DNA of 41,774 bases from the NCBI GenBank assembly GCA_044356295.1, contig JBIKWN010000017.1, forward strand, positions 1-41,774, written 5' to 3'. This document shows positions 1-8,767 of this stretch, piece after piece. A program made the position numbers and the translations under genes. This DNA is from Bdellovibrionota bacterium. Its GTDB lineage: Bacteria; Bdellovibrionota_C; UBA2361; JBIKWN01. The notes under the pieces were generated by a model. The model worked only from the letters and a program-made list of their open reading frames with translations. It was not told the DNA's origin and made no database searches. Position 1 is the first letter of the stretch; every line of letters starts with the position of its first letter.

Positions 1-53
1 AGTACGCGAAGGATTTAATTATACCCTTCGCGTACTTCGCGACCTTCGCGTTA
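1..53. repeat. Truncated copy of 9-nt-periodic (CGCGAAGnn)3 inverted-repeat hairpin (REP/REPIN-like)
   Basis: agtacgcgaaggatttaattatacccttcgcgtacttcgcgaccttcgcgtta; nearly identical to the full copy at 38600-38671. Confidence 0.9.
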
Positions 54-80
54 AAAAAAAGGAGGCAATAATGCCTCCTT
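53..80 (-). terminator. Intrinsic terminator of ECF sigma gene
   Basis: GGAGGCA-ataa-TGCCTCC stem with an A8 run on its left (U-tract on the minus strand), 26 nt past the sigma stop codon. Confidence 0.8.
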
Positions 81-106
81 CCGTCATGCTCTATAATTAG
101 TACTTC

Positions 107-745
107 TTAGTGTGAAGCCTCACAATCTCTAGTCATATTCTTTCCGAAAGAGATAACTTCATCTCTTGAATAATCCTCATAGTAACGAGCAAGTCTTTTG
201 CGAAGAATCAAACGGGCTCGGTGAAGTCTTGATTTAACTGCAGGTACTGTTAAAGACAACATCACACCAACTTCTTCATTAGACATACCGTCTACATCCC
301 GAAGTATGAAAATATTTTTATACTCCTCAGGTAGTTTCTGAATTGCTGTTTCAAGTAAAGAACGAAGTTCATGTTTAGTAGACATATAATCAACCGATGC
401 TTCACCAGGAGTTTGTCCAACAAGATTCTCTTTTACATCGCCACTTACTTCATCGAAAGAAACTGACTCTGTGTTTTTTCTGCGACGTAGTTTCATGAAA
501 GCTGTATTTGCAGTTACACGGTATAACCAGCTCGAGAACTGTGATTTACCCTCGAATGATGAAATCTTTTTGTATACAGTAACGAATACGTCTTGAAGTA
601 CTTCTTCAGTATCTTCAATGTTACGAGTAAGACGCATAGCAAGGTTATATACTTTCTGTGTATAACGCCCCATGATTTCTTGGAAAGCAAGATCGTCGTT
701 ATTTTTTATTCTTGCTACTAGTTCTAGGTCAGTTAAGTTTTGCAT
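107..745 (-). CDS. ECF-type RNA polymerase sigma-70 factor (RpoE-like)
   Basis: Region 2 (DTEEVLQDVF...FEGKSQFSSWLYRVTAN) and region 4 (LPEEYKNIFILRDVDGMSNEEV...VKSRLHRAR). Confidence 0.93.
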   Translation of the reverse strand: MQNLTDLELVARIKNNDDLAFQEIMGRYTQKVYNLAMRLTRNIEDTEEVLQDVFVTVYKKISSFEGKSQFSSWLYRVTANTAFMKLRRRKNTESVSFDEVSGDVKENLVGQTPGEASVDYMSTKHELRSLLETAIQKLPEEYKNIFILRDVDGMSNEEVGVMLSLTVPAVKSRLHRARLILRKRLARYYEDYSRDEVISFGKNMTRDCEASH

Positions 746-1044
746 GACTTCAATCCTTTATCTTCTTTTGTTTTCCGTTACCGTTCTTAAGCTTTATTTC
801 GAAAAAGCTTTCTGCTTTCTCTTTTTCGAAACGAATCACTTAAGTCGCTCTATGTGTATGAATGTAAGGCATGACTTGAGAGCAGTTGTCATGGATTTGT
901 AAAATCGACGTACCAAGATCGTAAAAGAATTTAGGGGGTTAGGCAGGTTAGATAGATAGAAAAAACACTCGTAAAGCTTGATAACATGTTGAATTTATTA
1001 TATTTTAGTTGCCAGTTATATGTGAAATTAAAGGATTTACTGAT

Positions 1045-1329
1045 ATGAGCGAGCGATTAGTTTTTTGTGCAAAGTTTCAAAAAGATCTTCCTGGACTCGA
1101 AAAACCTCCTTTCAGCGGTGAGGCGGGCAAACTCATCTTTGAAAAAATATCTGCGCAGGCTTGGAAGCTTTGGAAAGATGACATGCAGATAAAAGTATTA
1201 AATGAATATCGACTGAACATGGCAGATAAAAATGATTATCAAAAGCTAGTCGATCAAATGTACTTATTCCTTAATTTAAAAGAAGGGTCTGTTGTCGAAG
1301 TAGAAAACGCAGAGCGTGGACGAAAATGA
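1045..1329 (+). CDS. yggX: Fe(II)-trafficking / oxidative damage protection protein (YggX family)
   Basis: MSERLVFCAK...GLEKPPF.GE.G..IFEKISAQAWKLW...NEYRLN; start moved to ATG 1045, which follows an AAGGA SD. Confidence 0.88.
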   Translation: MSERLVFCAKFQKDLPGLEKPPFSGEAGKLIFEKISAQAWKLWKDDMQIKVLNEYRLNMADKNDYQKLVDQMYLFLNLKEGSVVEVENAERGRK

Positions 1330-2147
1330 AAATAGCAATTCTAGGAGCAGGTTCAATGGGAGAAGCACTAGCTTCCCTTTTACTTGCTCAGTCAGTTATT
1401 GAAGCAGAAGAGTTACTTCTTGTTACAAGAACGACTGAAAGACATTCTCGTTTAGGGAGTCTTTATCCTGGAGTTACTATTTCAACTGTTCCAGATGACA
1501 GATTTATTCCTGACGTTGTGATCCTTTCAGTAAAACCTCAAGATTATCAATTAGCTCAACTAGGATTAGGTCATTGGTTTGAAATTAATCCTCTAGTTGT
1601 TTCATTAATGAGTGGAATTCAAATTAAGAAAATTTCTTCACATCAAAGTTTTCCTTCTCAACCAAAAGTTATCCGAGCAATGCCAAACTTGCCGTTTATG
1701 TTTGGAGAAGGAGCAACTGGATATTTTTGTTCAGAGTTTATAACTGAACAGGATGAAGCGCTGTTTAAGCTGCTCTTTGAACCAACTGGTTTTATACTCC
1801 CTGTTAAAAAAGAAGAGGATCTTGATATTGTTACCGCCCTTTCTGCGTCAGCCCCTGGATATATTGCACCGCTTTATAAAGCACTTTACCAAAGTGCAGC
1901 AGAGGCCGGTCTTGCTGAGGATGAGGCCGAATTGCTCCTAAGGCAGACACTCAGAGGCTTTATTGCGCTGCTTGATCAAGGATTAACCGCGAAAGAGATT
2001 GAAAAACTAGTTTCTTCAAAGGGTGGAACAACTGAGGCAGCTAAGAATGTATTTAAAAAACATAAGTCTACTGATATTATTGCAGAGGCGATAATGTCAG
2101 CGATAGAGAGAGCAACTGAATTATCGTCACTTAATGAAGGCACGTAA
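1326..2147 (+). CDS. proC: Pyrroline-5-carboxylate reductase
   Basis: GAGSMG Rossmann motif, SVKPQ, IRAMPN, TALSASAPG, VSSKGGTT. Confidence 0.93.
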   Translation: MKIAILGAGSMGEALASLLLAQSVIEAEELLLVTRTTERHSRLGSLYPGVTISTVPDDRFIPDVVILSVKPQDYQLAQLGLGHWFEINPLVVSLMSGIQIKKISSHQSFPSQPKVIRAMPNLPFMFGEGATGYFCSEFITEQDEALFKLLFEPTGFILPVKKEEDLDIVTALSASAPGYIAPLYKALYQSAAEAGLAEDEAELLLRQTLRGFIALLDQGLTAKEIEKLVSSKGGTTEAAKNVFKKHKSTDIIAEAIMSAIERATELSSLNEGT

Positions 2148-2158
2148 GAGAAAGATCC

Positions 2159-3163
2159 ATGTCGAATGATTGGAGTCGTAAAACAAATGAACGGAAACAA
2201 CCGGCTCTATTTGAATTTTTTACAACCTTTTACACAAAATTTTCACAAAGTTCCGATTTTAGATCTATTTTTTATGGTACCGTAGCAGTTCTTTTTTTAC
2301 TGAATTATATCTATTTCTCATTTCAAGATCCGCAACTACCACCAAATAGTAATCGTATTATTCTCTCAGGTGAACCATTGAAGGAAGATAGAGTGATTCC
2401 AGTTAGTCATTATTCTTCTTTACCAAGTACTGTTGAAGCTGTTTTAGAGGCCAGATTTAAAAAAGTTAATGAACAATCAGATCTGCTTATTAATCCTTAT
2501 AGAGTAAGTGCTGTGGTGTTTCATGGGCTTCGCTTTGATGCTCCATGGGTGGGGCTCGAAGACATTATCAAAAAAGGCAAATTCAGTGCTATAAAAAATC
2601 CTGATGATATTGCATATGAATCAAGAATGATTCTGAACCCATTTCTTTTCTTAGAACCTTTCTTTGTTGATTTTTCTTCTCTAGAGGGTACTTCATTAGT
2701 AAATAACAACACATCATTTAGTCCAGATGTACAACCAAAAATTCAAGAAATAATTTTTACAAAAAATCGTGATGAACAGAAAATCATTATTAATATATCT
2801 CAATTTTATACAGATGCGATTGAGAAAAATCTTATTGTGGGGAAACCATCGGAGTTAGTTTTTAATATCAGCGCATATAATGCTCGTGATTTTGGGTTTA
2901 ATACACTCCAATTCGTTCCAGATGCATCAAGCAATGTCTCTGCTAATGTGAGTGCATCAATCCCAACTCGTATTAAAGAAAAAGTCGAACTTCAAGATTT
3001 AATATGCGTTGAACTTCAAGGATGTAACGGAAGGAATGTAAGTAATGATAAAGAATTGCATTATACAGTAAATACTCTTCCAGCAACTGCAGTTTTTGAA
3101 TTAAGTCGTAAACATGATCAAGAGATACTTTTTAGCATGCGGTCTATAATTGAGTTGCGGTGA
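2159..3163 (+). CDS. Hypothetical protein with single N-terminal TM anchor
   Basis: 334-aa ORF co-oriented with proC; hydrophobic segment IFYGTVAVLFLLNYIYFSF; C-terminal Cys pair. Confidence 0.75.
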   Translation: MSNDWSRKTNERKQPALFEFFTTFYTKFSQSSDFRSIFYGTVAVLFLLNYIYFSFQDPQLPPNSNRIILSGEPLKEDRVIPVSHYSSLPSTVEAVLEARFKKVNEQSDLLINPYRVSAVVFHGLRFDAPWVGLEDIIKKGKFSAIKNPDDIAYESRMILNPFLFLEPFFVDFSSLEGTSLVNNNTSFSPDVQPKIQEIIFTKNRDEQKIIINISQFYTDAIEKNLIVGKPSELVFNISAYNARDFGFNTLQFVPDASSNVSANVSASIPTRIKEKVELQDLICVELQGCNGRNVSNDKELHYTVNTLPATAVFELSRKHDQEILFSMRSIIELR

Positions 3164-3164
3164 T

Positions 3165-3404
3165 TTAGTCAAAAGTTGCTATTTCAACTTCCGTTGCTTC
3201 AGCCATTAAATCACCACCACAACTTCCATCTAAAGCAAAATTTCTCATCTGACTTGATGCATCAGAAAAAATACATGATATTCTTGTACCCACTTCTCTG
3301 ACTGATGTCAGAGCTACAATACTAATGAGCGCAACAAGCAAGGAGTATTCAACTAACGCAGCGCCTCGCTGCTGATGATTTTTCTTTGAACCTTTTGAAT
3401 ACAT
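3165..3404 (-). CDS. flp: Flp/Fap family type IVb pilin
   Basis: Basic leader then RG|AALVEYSLLVALISIVAL (G|xxxxEY prepilin motif); AAGGAG SD upstream. Confidence 0.88.
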   Translation of the reverse strand: MYSKGSKKNHQQRGAALVEYSLLVALISIVALTSVREVGTRISCIFSDASSQMRNFALDGSCGGDLMAEATEVEIATFD

Positions 3405-3445
3405 AAAGCTCCTTTAAGGCGAATAGTATAGTTAACGACATTTAG

Positions 3446-3474
3446 ATCGTCGGTACAATGTAGGATGTACTTAA
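3446..3474 (-). promoter_or_regulatory. Sigma28 (FliA)-type promoter upstream of flp pilin
   Basis: Minus strand TTAAG-N16-CCGACGAT. Confidence 0.65.
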
Positions 3475-3527
3475 TAATTTGGAGCTAAAGTTTTCAAGGT
3501 AAAAAATCAATAAATTCAGGAGAATAC

Positions 3528-4871
3528 CTAGCCTATATAATCAAGAAGATCGATTCTGGTAATGATACTGAGTGGCTCTTTCTTATCATTCACTACAATC
3601 ACGGCACTGGAAGTCTTAAGCATTCCTTGAACTGTTTTTAATGGAGTATGCATTGCTACAGTTGGGGCGTTTCGATTCATACAACGCGAAACAAGCGTCT
3701 TGGAAGCATCTCCCCCAGAAAATAAAGTATCTAGAATATCAGACTCATTAACCATTCCGACTAATACACCACCACTTGTTACAGGCATCTGTGAGATGTT
3801 TTTATCTTTCATTATCGAAATTGCAGCATGAAGGTTCATAGTGTCATCTGCGCAGGTCGGTTTATGAGAAAGATTTTTGGTTTTTAAAAGATTTTCAACA
3901 TCACCACTACACTCTTTTGCTTCGTAGTAACCATTTTCTTGCATCCAACGATCATCTACGAACTTAGTCATATAATTTCTAATACCATCAGCAAGAATGA
4001 CTACACAGTTTTGACCTTTCTTTAGTTTCTTTGCAGCAGTTAAAGCAGCAAACATGCTAGCTCCGCACGAACCACCACAAAGTAGTCCTTCTTCACGGAT
4101 GATTCTTCGAGCTAAAAGAAAAGAAGGCTGATCTGTTGTTTTGACCCATTCATCGACAATCGAACGATCGAGAACCTCAGGTATGAAATCATACCCAATA
4201 CCTTCTACTTTATATGAAGAAACATCAGTGCCACCGCCAAGAATGGATCCAACTGGATCTGCTCCAACAACAATACATTTTGGATTTTTTTCTTTAAGTT
4301 TTCGAGCAATACCTGTAATTGAACCACCGGTACCTGCGGAAACAACAATCATATCAACTTTGCCATCAAGATCATCCCAAATTTCTTGACCTGTGGTTTC
4401 GTAATGTATCCTTGGATTATTCGGATTCGAATATTGATCAAGAATATGAGCGTTTGGCAGTTCTTTTTGTAAACGTTTTGCAACACTGATGTGACTCTCG
4501 GGTGATTCAGATGCAGCTTCAGTTGGTGTTCGTATAATTTCAGCACCAAGTGCTTCTAGAGCAACTTGCTTTTCACGACTCATCTTTTCTGGCATCGTTA
4601 TGATGACTCGGTAACCTTTCACAGCACCGGCAAGTGCAATACCAATCCCAGTATTTCCACTTGTAGGTTCAATAAGGGTATCACCAGGTTTTATGCGACC
4701 TTCTTTTTCAGCAGCCTCAACCATTGACCATCCAATTCGGTCTTTAATGGATCCTCCCGGATTCATGAATTCACATTTTGCGTAGATATTGCATTCAAGA
4801 TCAGCACCGACTCGGTGCAGCTTAACGAGAGGGGTATTGCCGATTGCTTCAAGAATTGAGTTTAATGCCAT
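3528..4871 (-). CDS. cbs: Cystathionine beta-synthase (PLP fold II plus C-terminal CBS pair, no heme-binding N-terminus)
   Basis: [47 protein letters not shown], then CBS domains. Confidence 0.9.
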   Translation of the reverse strand: MALNSILEAIGNTPLVKLHRVGADLECNIYAKCEFMNPGGSIKDRIGWSMVEAAEKEGRIKPGDTLIEPTSGNTGIGIALAGAVKGYRVIITMPEKMSREKQVALEALGAEIIRTPTEAASESPESHISVAKRLQKELPNAHILDQYSNPNNPRIHYETTGQEIWDDLDGKVDMIVVSAGTGGSITGIARKLKEKNPKCIVVGADPVGSILGGGTDVSSYKVEGIGYDFIPEVLDRSIVDEWVKTTDQPSFLLARRIIREEGLLCGGSCGASMFAALTAAKKLKKGQNCVVILADGIRNYMTKFVDDRWMQENGYYEAKECSGDVENLLKTKNLSHKPTCADDTMNLHAAISIMKDKNISQMPVTSGGVLVGMVNESDILDTLFSGGDASKTLVSRCMNRNAPTVAMHTPLKTVQGMLKTSSAVIVVNDKKEPLSIITRIDLLDYIG

Positions 4872-4927
4872 ACATGAAAGCTTACAGATTCTGCCTATTC
4901 ACTACAATTCAAGATCAAGTTTTGTTT

Positions 4928-5227
4928 GTGAATAGTTTTGTTTTAGTAATATTCATTTCAGTTATTCTGTGTTGCTTTTCACCTCAAACCAATGCGTTCG
5001 CGGATGAAGCAACAATGTGTAATGGGTATTCCCTAGAAATGTACCGTCAGGAATATGAAAAACAGTATAGAGATGCCCACGACGGCAGCGAACCAGCAGA
5101 TGATACAGAATTGTGTAATGCCCTCTTTGGATCAGCCTGGAATGAGGCTGCCCCAGGATTTACCCCTACTCCAAACGACCTAAATAAAGATATCGACGCT
5201 GTAAAATCTCCAGAAGAATTTAACTGA
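4928..5227 (+). CDS. Small acidic secreted hypothetical protein
   Basis: Likely GTG start at 4928 gives a signal peptide ending AFA|DE; avoids overlap with cbs. Confidence 0.6.
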   Translation: MNSFVLVIFISVILCCFSPQTNAFADEATMCNGYSLEMYRQEYEKQYRDAHDGSEPADDTELCNALFGSAWNEAAPGFTPTPNDLNKDIDAVKSPEEFN

Positions 5228-5287
5228 ATAAATTTGCACTTATAAGTAGCTGATTATATTAGCTTTTCTCTGCCCTAATTTTTATCC

Positions 5288-5316
5288 TTAAGCCTTTCTC
5301 AAGAAATTCCGAATGA
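5288..5316 (+). promoter_or_regulatory. Sigma28-type promoter upstream of fliS
   Basis: TTAAG-N16-CCGAATGA upstream of a late flagellar gene. Confidence 0.65.
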
Positions 5317-5398
5317 TTTCTATGAAAGGAAGCGCGGTTAGTGAAATTCGAGGGAGTTTTCTAACCACAAACGAGGTATAAAAGAGAGAGAAACAACC

Positions 5399-5845
5399 AT
5401 GTACGGTAAAAACGCCCATAATACTTACCAAGCGGTTCAAGTAACCACTACGGACAAAGGTCGCTTGCTTTTGATGATGTACGAAGGTGCTATCAAGTTT
5501 CTTCGTCAGGCTCAGGCCGGTCTAAAAGAGCAAGATATCGCTAAGTTCTGTCGTTTCTTGAGTAAAGCTCAAGCGATTATAGCAGAGCTTATGAACACTC
5601 TTGATTTTGAAAAGGGTGGGACTATTGCTCGGGACCTCGACCGACTCTATGATTTCATGTTGTTCTATCTAACTGAGGCGAACCTATACCGAGACGGTGT
5701 TCGAGTTCAGAAAACGATCAAACTTATCGAAACAATTTATCAAGCTTATAAAGAGATAATTGAAGGTAAGAAAGATTCTGATGAGCCAGTAGACGAAGCT
5801 AAGAAGGTTGCTGACGCTACTAAAAGAGTACAGATCTCACTTTAA
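5399..5845 (+). CDS. fliS: Flagellin export chaperone FliS
   Basis: Y...V.T....LLLMMYEGAIKFL...KAQAIIAELMNTLDFEKGGTIARDLDRLYDFM. Confidence 0.95.
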   Translation: MYGKNAHNTYQAVQVTTTDKGRLLLMMYEGAIKFLRQAQAGLKEQDIAKFCRFLSKAQAIIAELMNTLDFEKGGTIARDLDRLYDFMLFYLTEANLYRDGVRVQKTIKLIETIYQAYKEIIEGKKDSDEPVDEAKKVADATKRVQISL

Positions 5846-5953
5846 TTTCTAAATTATATAACGATATTTTGATTGGTTAGAGAAACTAACCAGTAGGGTA
5901 CCGCATCTAAAACACAGGAATCTTGCGTTGATTATCAGCGAGACTAGTGTTTT

Positions 5954-8767
5954 ATGAGCAATACCAAGGATTTAGGTCAAATAATGCGTGGCGATTGGGA
6001 TCGCCGCATTCGTCAAGACTATCGTTTCTGGATGAGTGACGGATATCAATCCGATGATCATATGTGGAGTACTGGGCTTCGTGATTTTGAAGTCTTAATT
6101 CGCGATATTGCAAATACAAAAGATAAAAACTTTCTTGAAGTTGGTTGCGGCATAGGAAGATTACTCCGAGCAGCAAGTAGTACTTTTAAAGAAGTGATAG
6201 GTCTTGATGTTTCAAATGCAGCAATCGAAAAAGCAAAAATATTTTTAAATGATTCAAAGAATGTAAACCTTGTTGTTGGTAATGGCCTTGATCTTTCAAC
6301 AATTCCATCTTCGAGTATTGATGTTGTAGGAGTTTTTGCGGCACTTTCAAGTGCACCAACGGAAGCGTTTGTTAAAAATCTGATTGAAATTCAAAGAGTA
6401 CTAAAAGTTGGTGGAGTTTTTCGTTTACAATTTTATACTGGATCCGAGCAAATTGTTGGGCGTGAAGATACACTGCATCTTCGATGTTACGAAAAAGAGA
6501 GATTTGAAAAAGCTTCAATTCTAGCTGGTTTTGATATTGAATGGATTGAGGAACTAAAACTTGATGTAGAAACAAGTTACGAATCAATTGATGTTACAGC
6601 TCAAATAGCTTCTCTCATAAAATCAGGGCGTGTTGAACAAGCACCTTTTGAAATAGTCATGGGTGCCTTGGTGAGTCATTCTGAACAAGATGGGAAACAA
6701 ACCGATGGTGATATTGAGTATTGGATGAGTCTTAATCTTGCCGAAACGGCTGCCCTTGATGGTGATACGAAACGCGCTCGGGATGCACTGAATTACGCTC
6801 TATCGTTAAGTAAAACAGTAACAATAGATGTCAGTGATGTGCTTGAACGAATCGTTAATATCGTTGAAAAGAAAGAGAAAGAAGAAATAAAAAATTCCCC
6901 TGTTGAATTTCATATCGAAGACAATAAAATCTTTGAAAAGAATCTAGAAGTTCTATTGAAGAAAAACCCACTCATAGCTGAAATTTGCCGCAAGAATGTT
7001 GATACAGTTTTTTCTTCAACAGAAACTCCATCAGCAAATTTAACTCAAGATGGGCCAGTATTTTTTCTTAATCATAATTGCCTCGATCATCCTCAAAAAC
7101 CTAAATCTGCTGGAGTTCAATGGGCAAAACGATCTCTTGCTGAAGTGAGAATCAAAGATGCAAAAGAAGTAATTATTGTTGGTTTCGGCGGTGGATATCA
7201 TGTCGAAGCATGTCTTGAATCAACAACACAGTTGATTGGAGTTGTAGAGCCATCGATTGCTCTGTTTGTCCAAGTGATGAAGTCCCGAGACATCACAACA
7301 ATTTTAGAAAAACTAAACTTTCTTGCAGTTGGTGAAGATCTGTCACAAGTAACGGTGAGTGATGAAGCAGAACTTTTGATACGACCGCAATCACTCATGG
7401 TTGCAGAATCAAGCATTCCTAAAATCAAAGAAAAATTTTACGGCGTACGTGGTTTAAAATCACTTCATCCAAATATTGTAGTCCTTGGTCCAATGCAAGG
7501 CGGAACACTTCCTATTCTTGGTTATACTGGTAGAGCACTTCAAAGTCTCGGGCAAAGAACTCGAGAAATTGATATGAGCCCATTTAATGCTGGGTATGAC
7601 GCGATACAAAATATGCTCCGTGAGCCAAGACGACTTCAATCGATGCATTCGAATTATATTGAATGTATGAGTCAGTCAGTCCTGGAAGCGGTGATTGAGA
7701 AAAAAACAGATATTTTAATCTGTATGGCTCAAGCACCTGTTACAGCTCGAGTACTGCAAGAGTGTAAGACACGGGGAATTATTACAGTTCTTTGGTTTGT
7801 AGAAGATTATATGCGCTTTACCTACTGGAGAGATATGGCAAAGCACTATGATTTTGTATTCACAATCCAGAAAGGTGATTGCATTGATAGCATTAAGAAA
7901 GCTGGAGCTGGTGAAGTTCATTATATGGCCCCAGGATGTGATCCAATCGTACATCATCCACAAAGCCTTACTCCTGATGAGATAAAAGAATGGGGATCGC
8001 CTATTTCATTTGTTGGTGCAGGATATCATAACAGACAACAGGTTTTTGCTTCGTTTGCAGAGATGCCATTTAAACTTTGGGGAACTGAATGGCCAGGGTG
8101 CAAACCTTTTGATCGAATGATTCAAAAAGAAGGGAAACGATTAACTCCTGAAGAATATACAAAAATATTTTGTGGAACAGATATCAATATTAATCTTCAC
8201 TCTTCAACTGAAAGAGACGGTGTTGATCCATTCGGAGATTTTATAAATCCACGAACATTTGAACTCGCGTGCTGTGAAGCGTTTCAACTTGTTGATGAGC
8301 GATCCCTGCTTGGCGAATGTTTTGTTCCAGGCAAAGAGTTGGTTACATTTAACTCACCATCTGATTTGAAAGAAAAAATTGCTTATTACCTAGAGCGTCC
8401 AGACGAAAGAAAAAAAATAGCAAGAGCTGGAAGAGAGCGAGTGCTTCGTGAACATACGTATGCGCACAGACTGCGTGACATGCTTTCAATAATTTATAGT
8501 AGTAAGTATGAACATCTACGAAGTCGTTCTGACGCACATCCATGGAAACGAATGCTAGAACGTACAAAAAGTAATAATGAGTTACACGAACGTTGCCAGC
8601 GAGCTTTTGAGCGTGGTGAAGAGCCAAAACTTGACGGTTTAATAGTTGATATTCTTGTCGGTCAAGGAAAATTAACAGAGACAGAACAAAAACTTTTATT
8701 TCTTCATCACGTGAGTAAACAAATTATTCGAATGAAGCAAGAAGAAATGGGGTCAGGTCCAAAATGA
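5954..8767 (+). CDS. Multidomain SAM methyltransferase / Maf-like / CgeB-type glycosyltransferase
   Basis: LEVGCGIGR motif I; FEKNLE...VGFGGGYH Maf-like segment; WFVED, SFVGAGYHNR, ININLHSS, NPRTFELA, EHTYAHR (CgeB/glyco_trans_1_2). Confidence 0.85.
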   Translation: MSNTKDLGQIMRGDWDRRIRQDYRFWMSDGYQSDDHMWSTGLRDFEVLIRDIANTKDKNFLEVGCGIGRLLRAASSTFKEVIGLDVSNAAIEKAKIFLNDSKNVNLVVGNGLDLSTIPSSSIDVVGVFAALSSAPTEAFVKNLIEIQRVLKVGGVFRLQFYTGSEQIVGREDTLHLRCYEKERFEKASILAGFDIEWIEELKLDVETSYESIDVTAQIASLIKSGRVEQAPFEIVMGALVSHSEQDGKQTDGDIEYWMSLNLAETAALDGDTKRARDALNYALSLSKTVTIDVSDVLERIVNIVEKKEKEEIKNSPVEFHIEDNKIFEKNLEVLLKKNPLIAEICRKNVDTVFSSTETPSANLTQDGPVFFLNHNCLDHPQKPKSAGVQWAKRSLAEVRIKDAKEVIIVGFGGGYHVEACLESTTQLIGVVEPSIALFVQVMKSRDITTILEKLNFLAVGEDLSQVTVSDEAELLIRPQSLMVAESSIPKIKEKFYGVRGLKSLHPNIVVLGPMQGGTLPILGYTGRALQSLGQRTREIDMSPFNAGYDAIQNMLREPRRLQSMHSNYIECMSQSVLEAVIEKKTDILICMAQAPVTARVLQECKTRGIITVLWFVEDYMRFTYWRDMAKHYDFVFTIQKGDCIDSIKKAGAGEVHYMAPGCDPIVHHPQSLTPDEIKEWGSPISFVGAGYHNRQQVFASFAEMPFKLWGTEWPGCKPFDRMIQKEGKRLTPEEYTKIFCGTDININLHSSTERDGVDPFGDFINPRTFELACCEAFQLVDERSLLGECFVPGKELVTFNSPSDLKEKIAYYLERPDERKKIARAGRERVLREHTYAHRLRDMLSIIYSSKYEHLRSRSDAHPWKRMLERTKSNNELHERCQRAFERGEEPKLDGLIVDILVGQGKLTETEQKLLFLHHVSKQIIRMKQEEMGSGPK

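Noticed and set aside
672..902. 76-aa plus-strand ORF and the many other short ORFs antisense to or nested in long genes
   Set aside because: They overlap well-supported genes and have no recognisable motifs or SD; they are shadow ORFs.
899..917. Sigma54-like TTGGTACG on the minus strand upstream of the ECF sigma
   Set aside because: The -12 position reads TT instead of the near-invariant GC.
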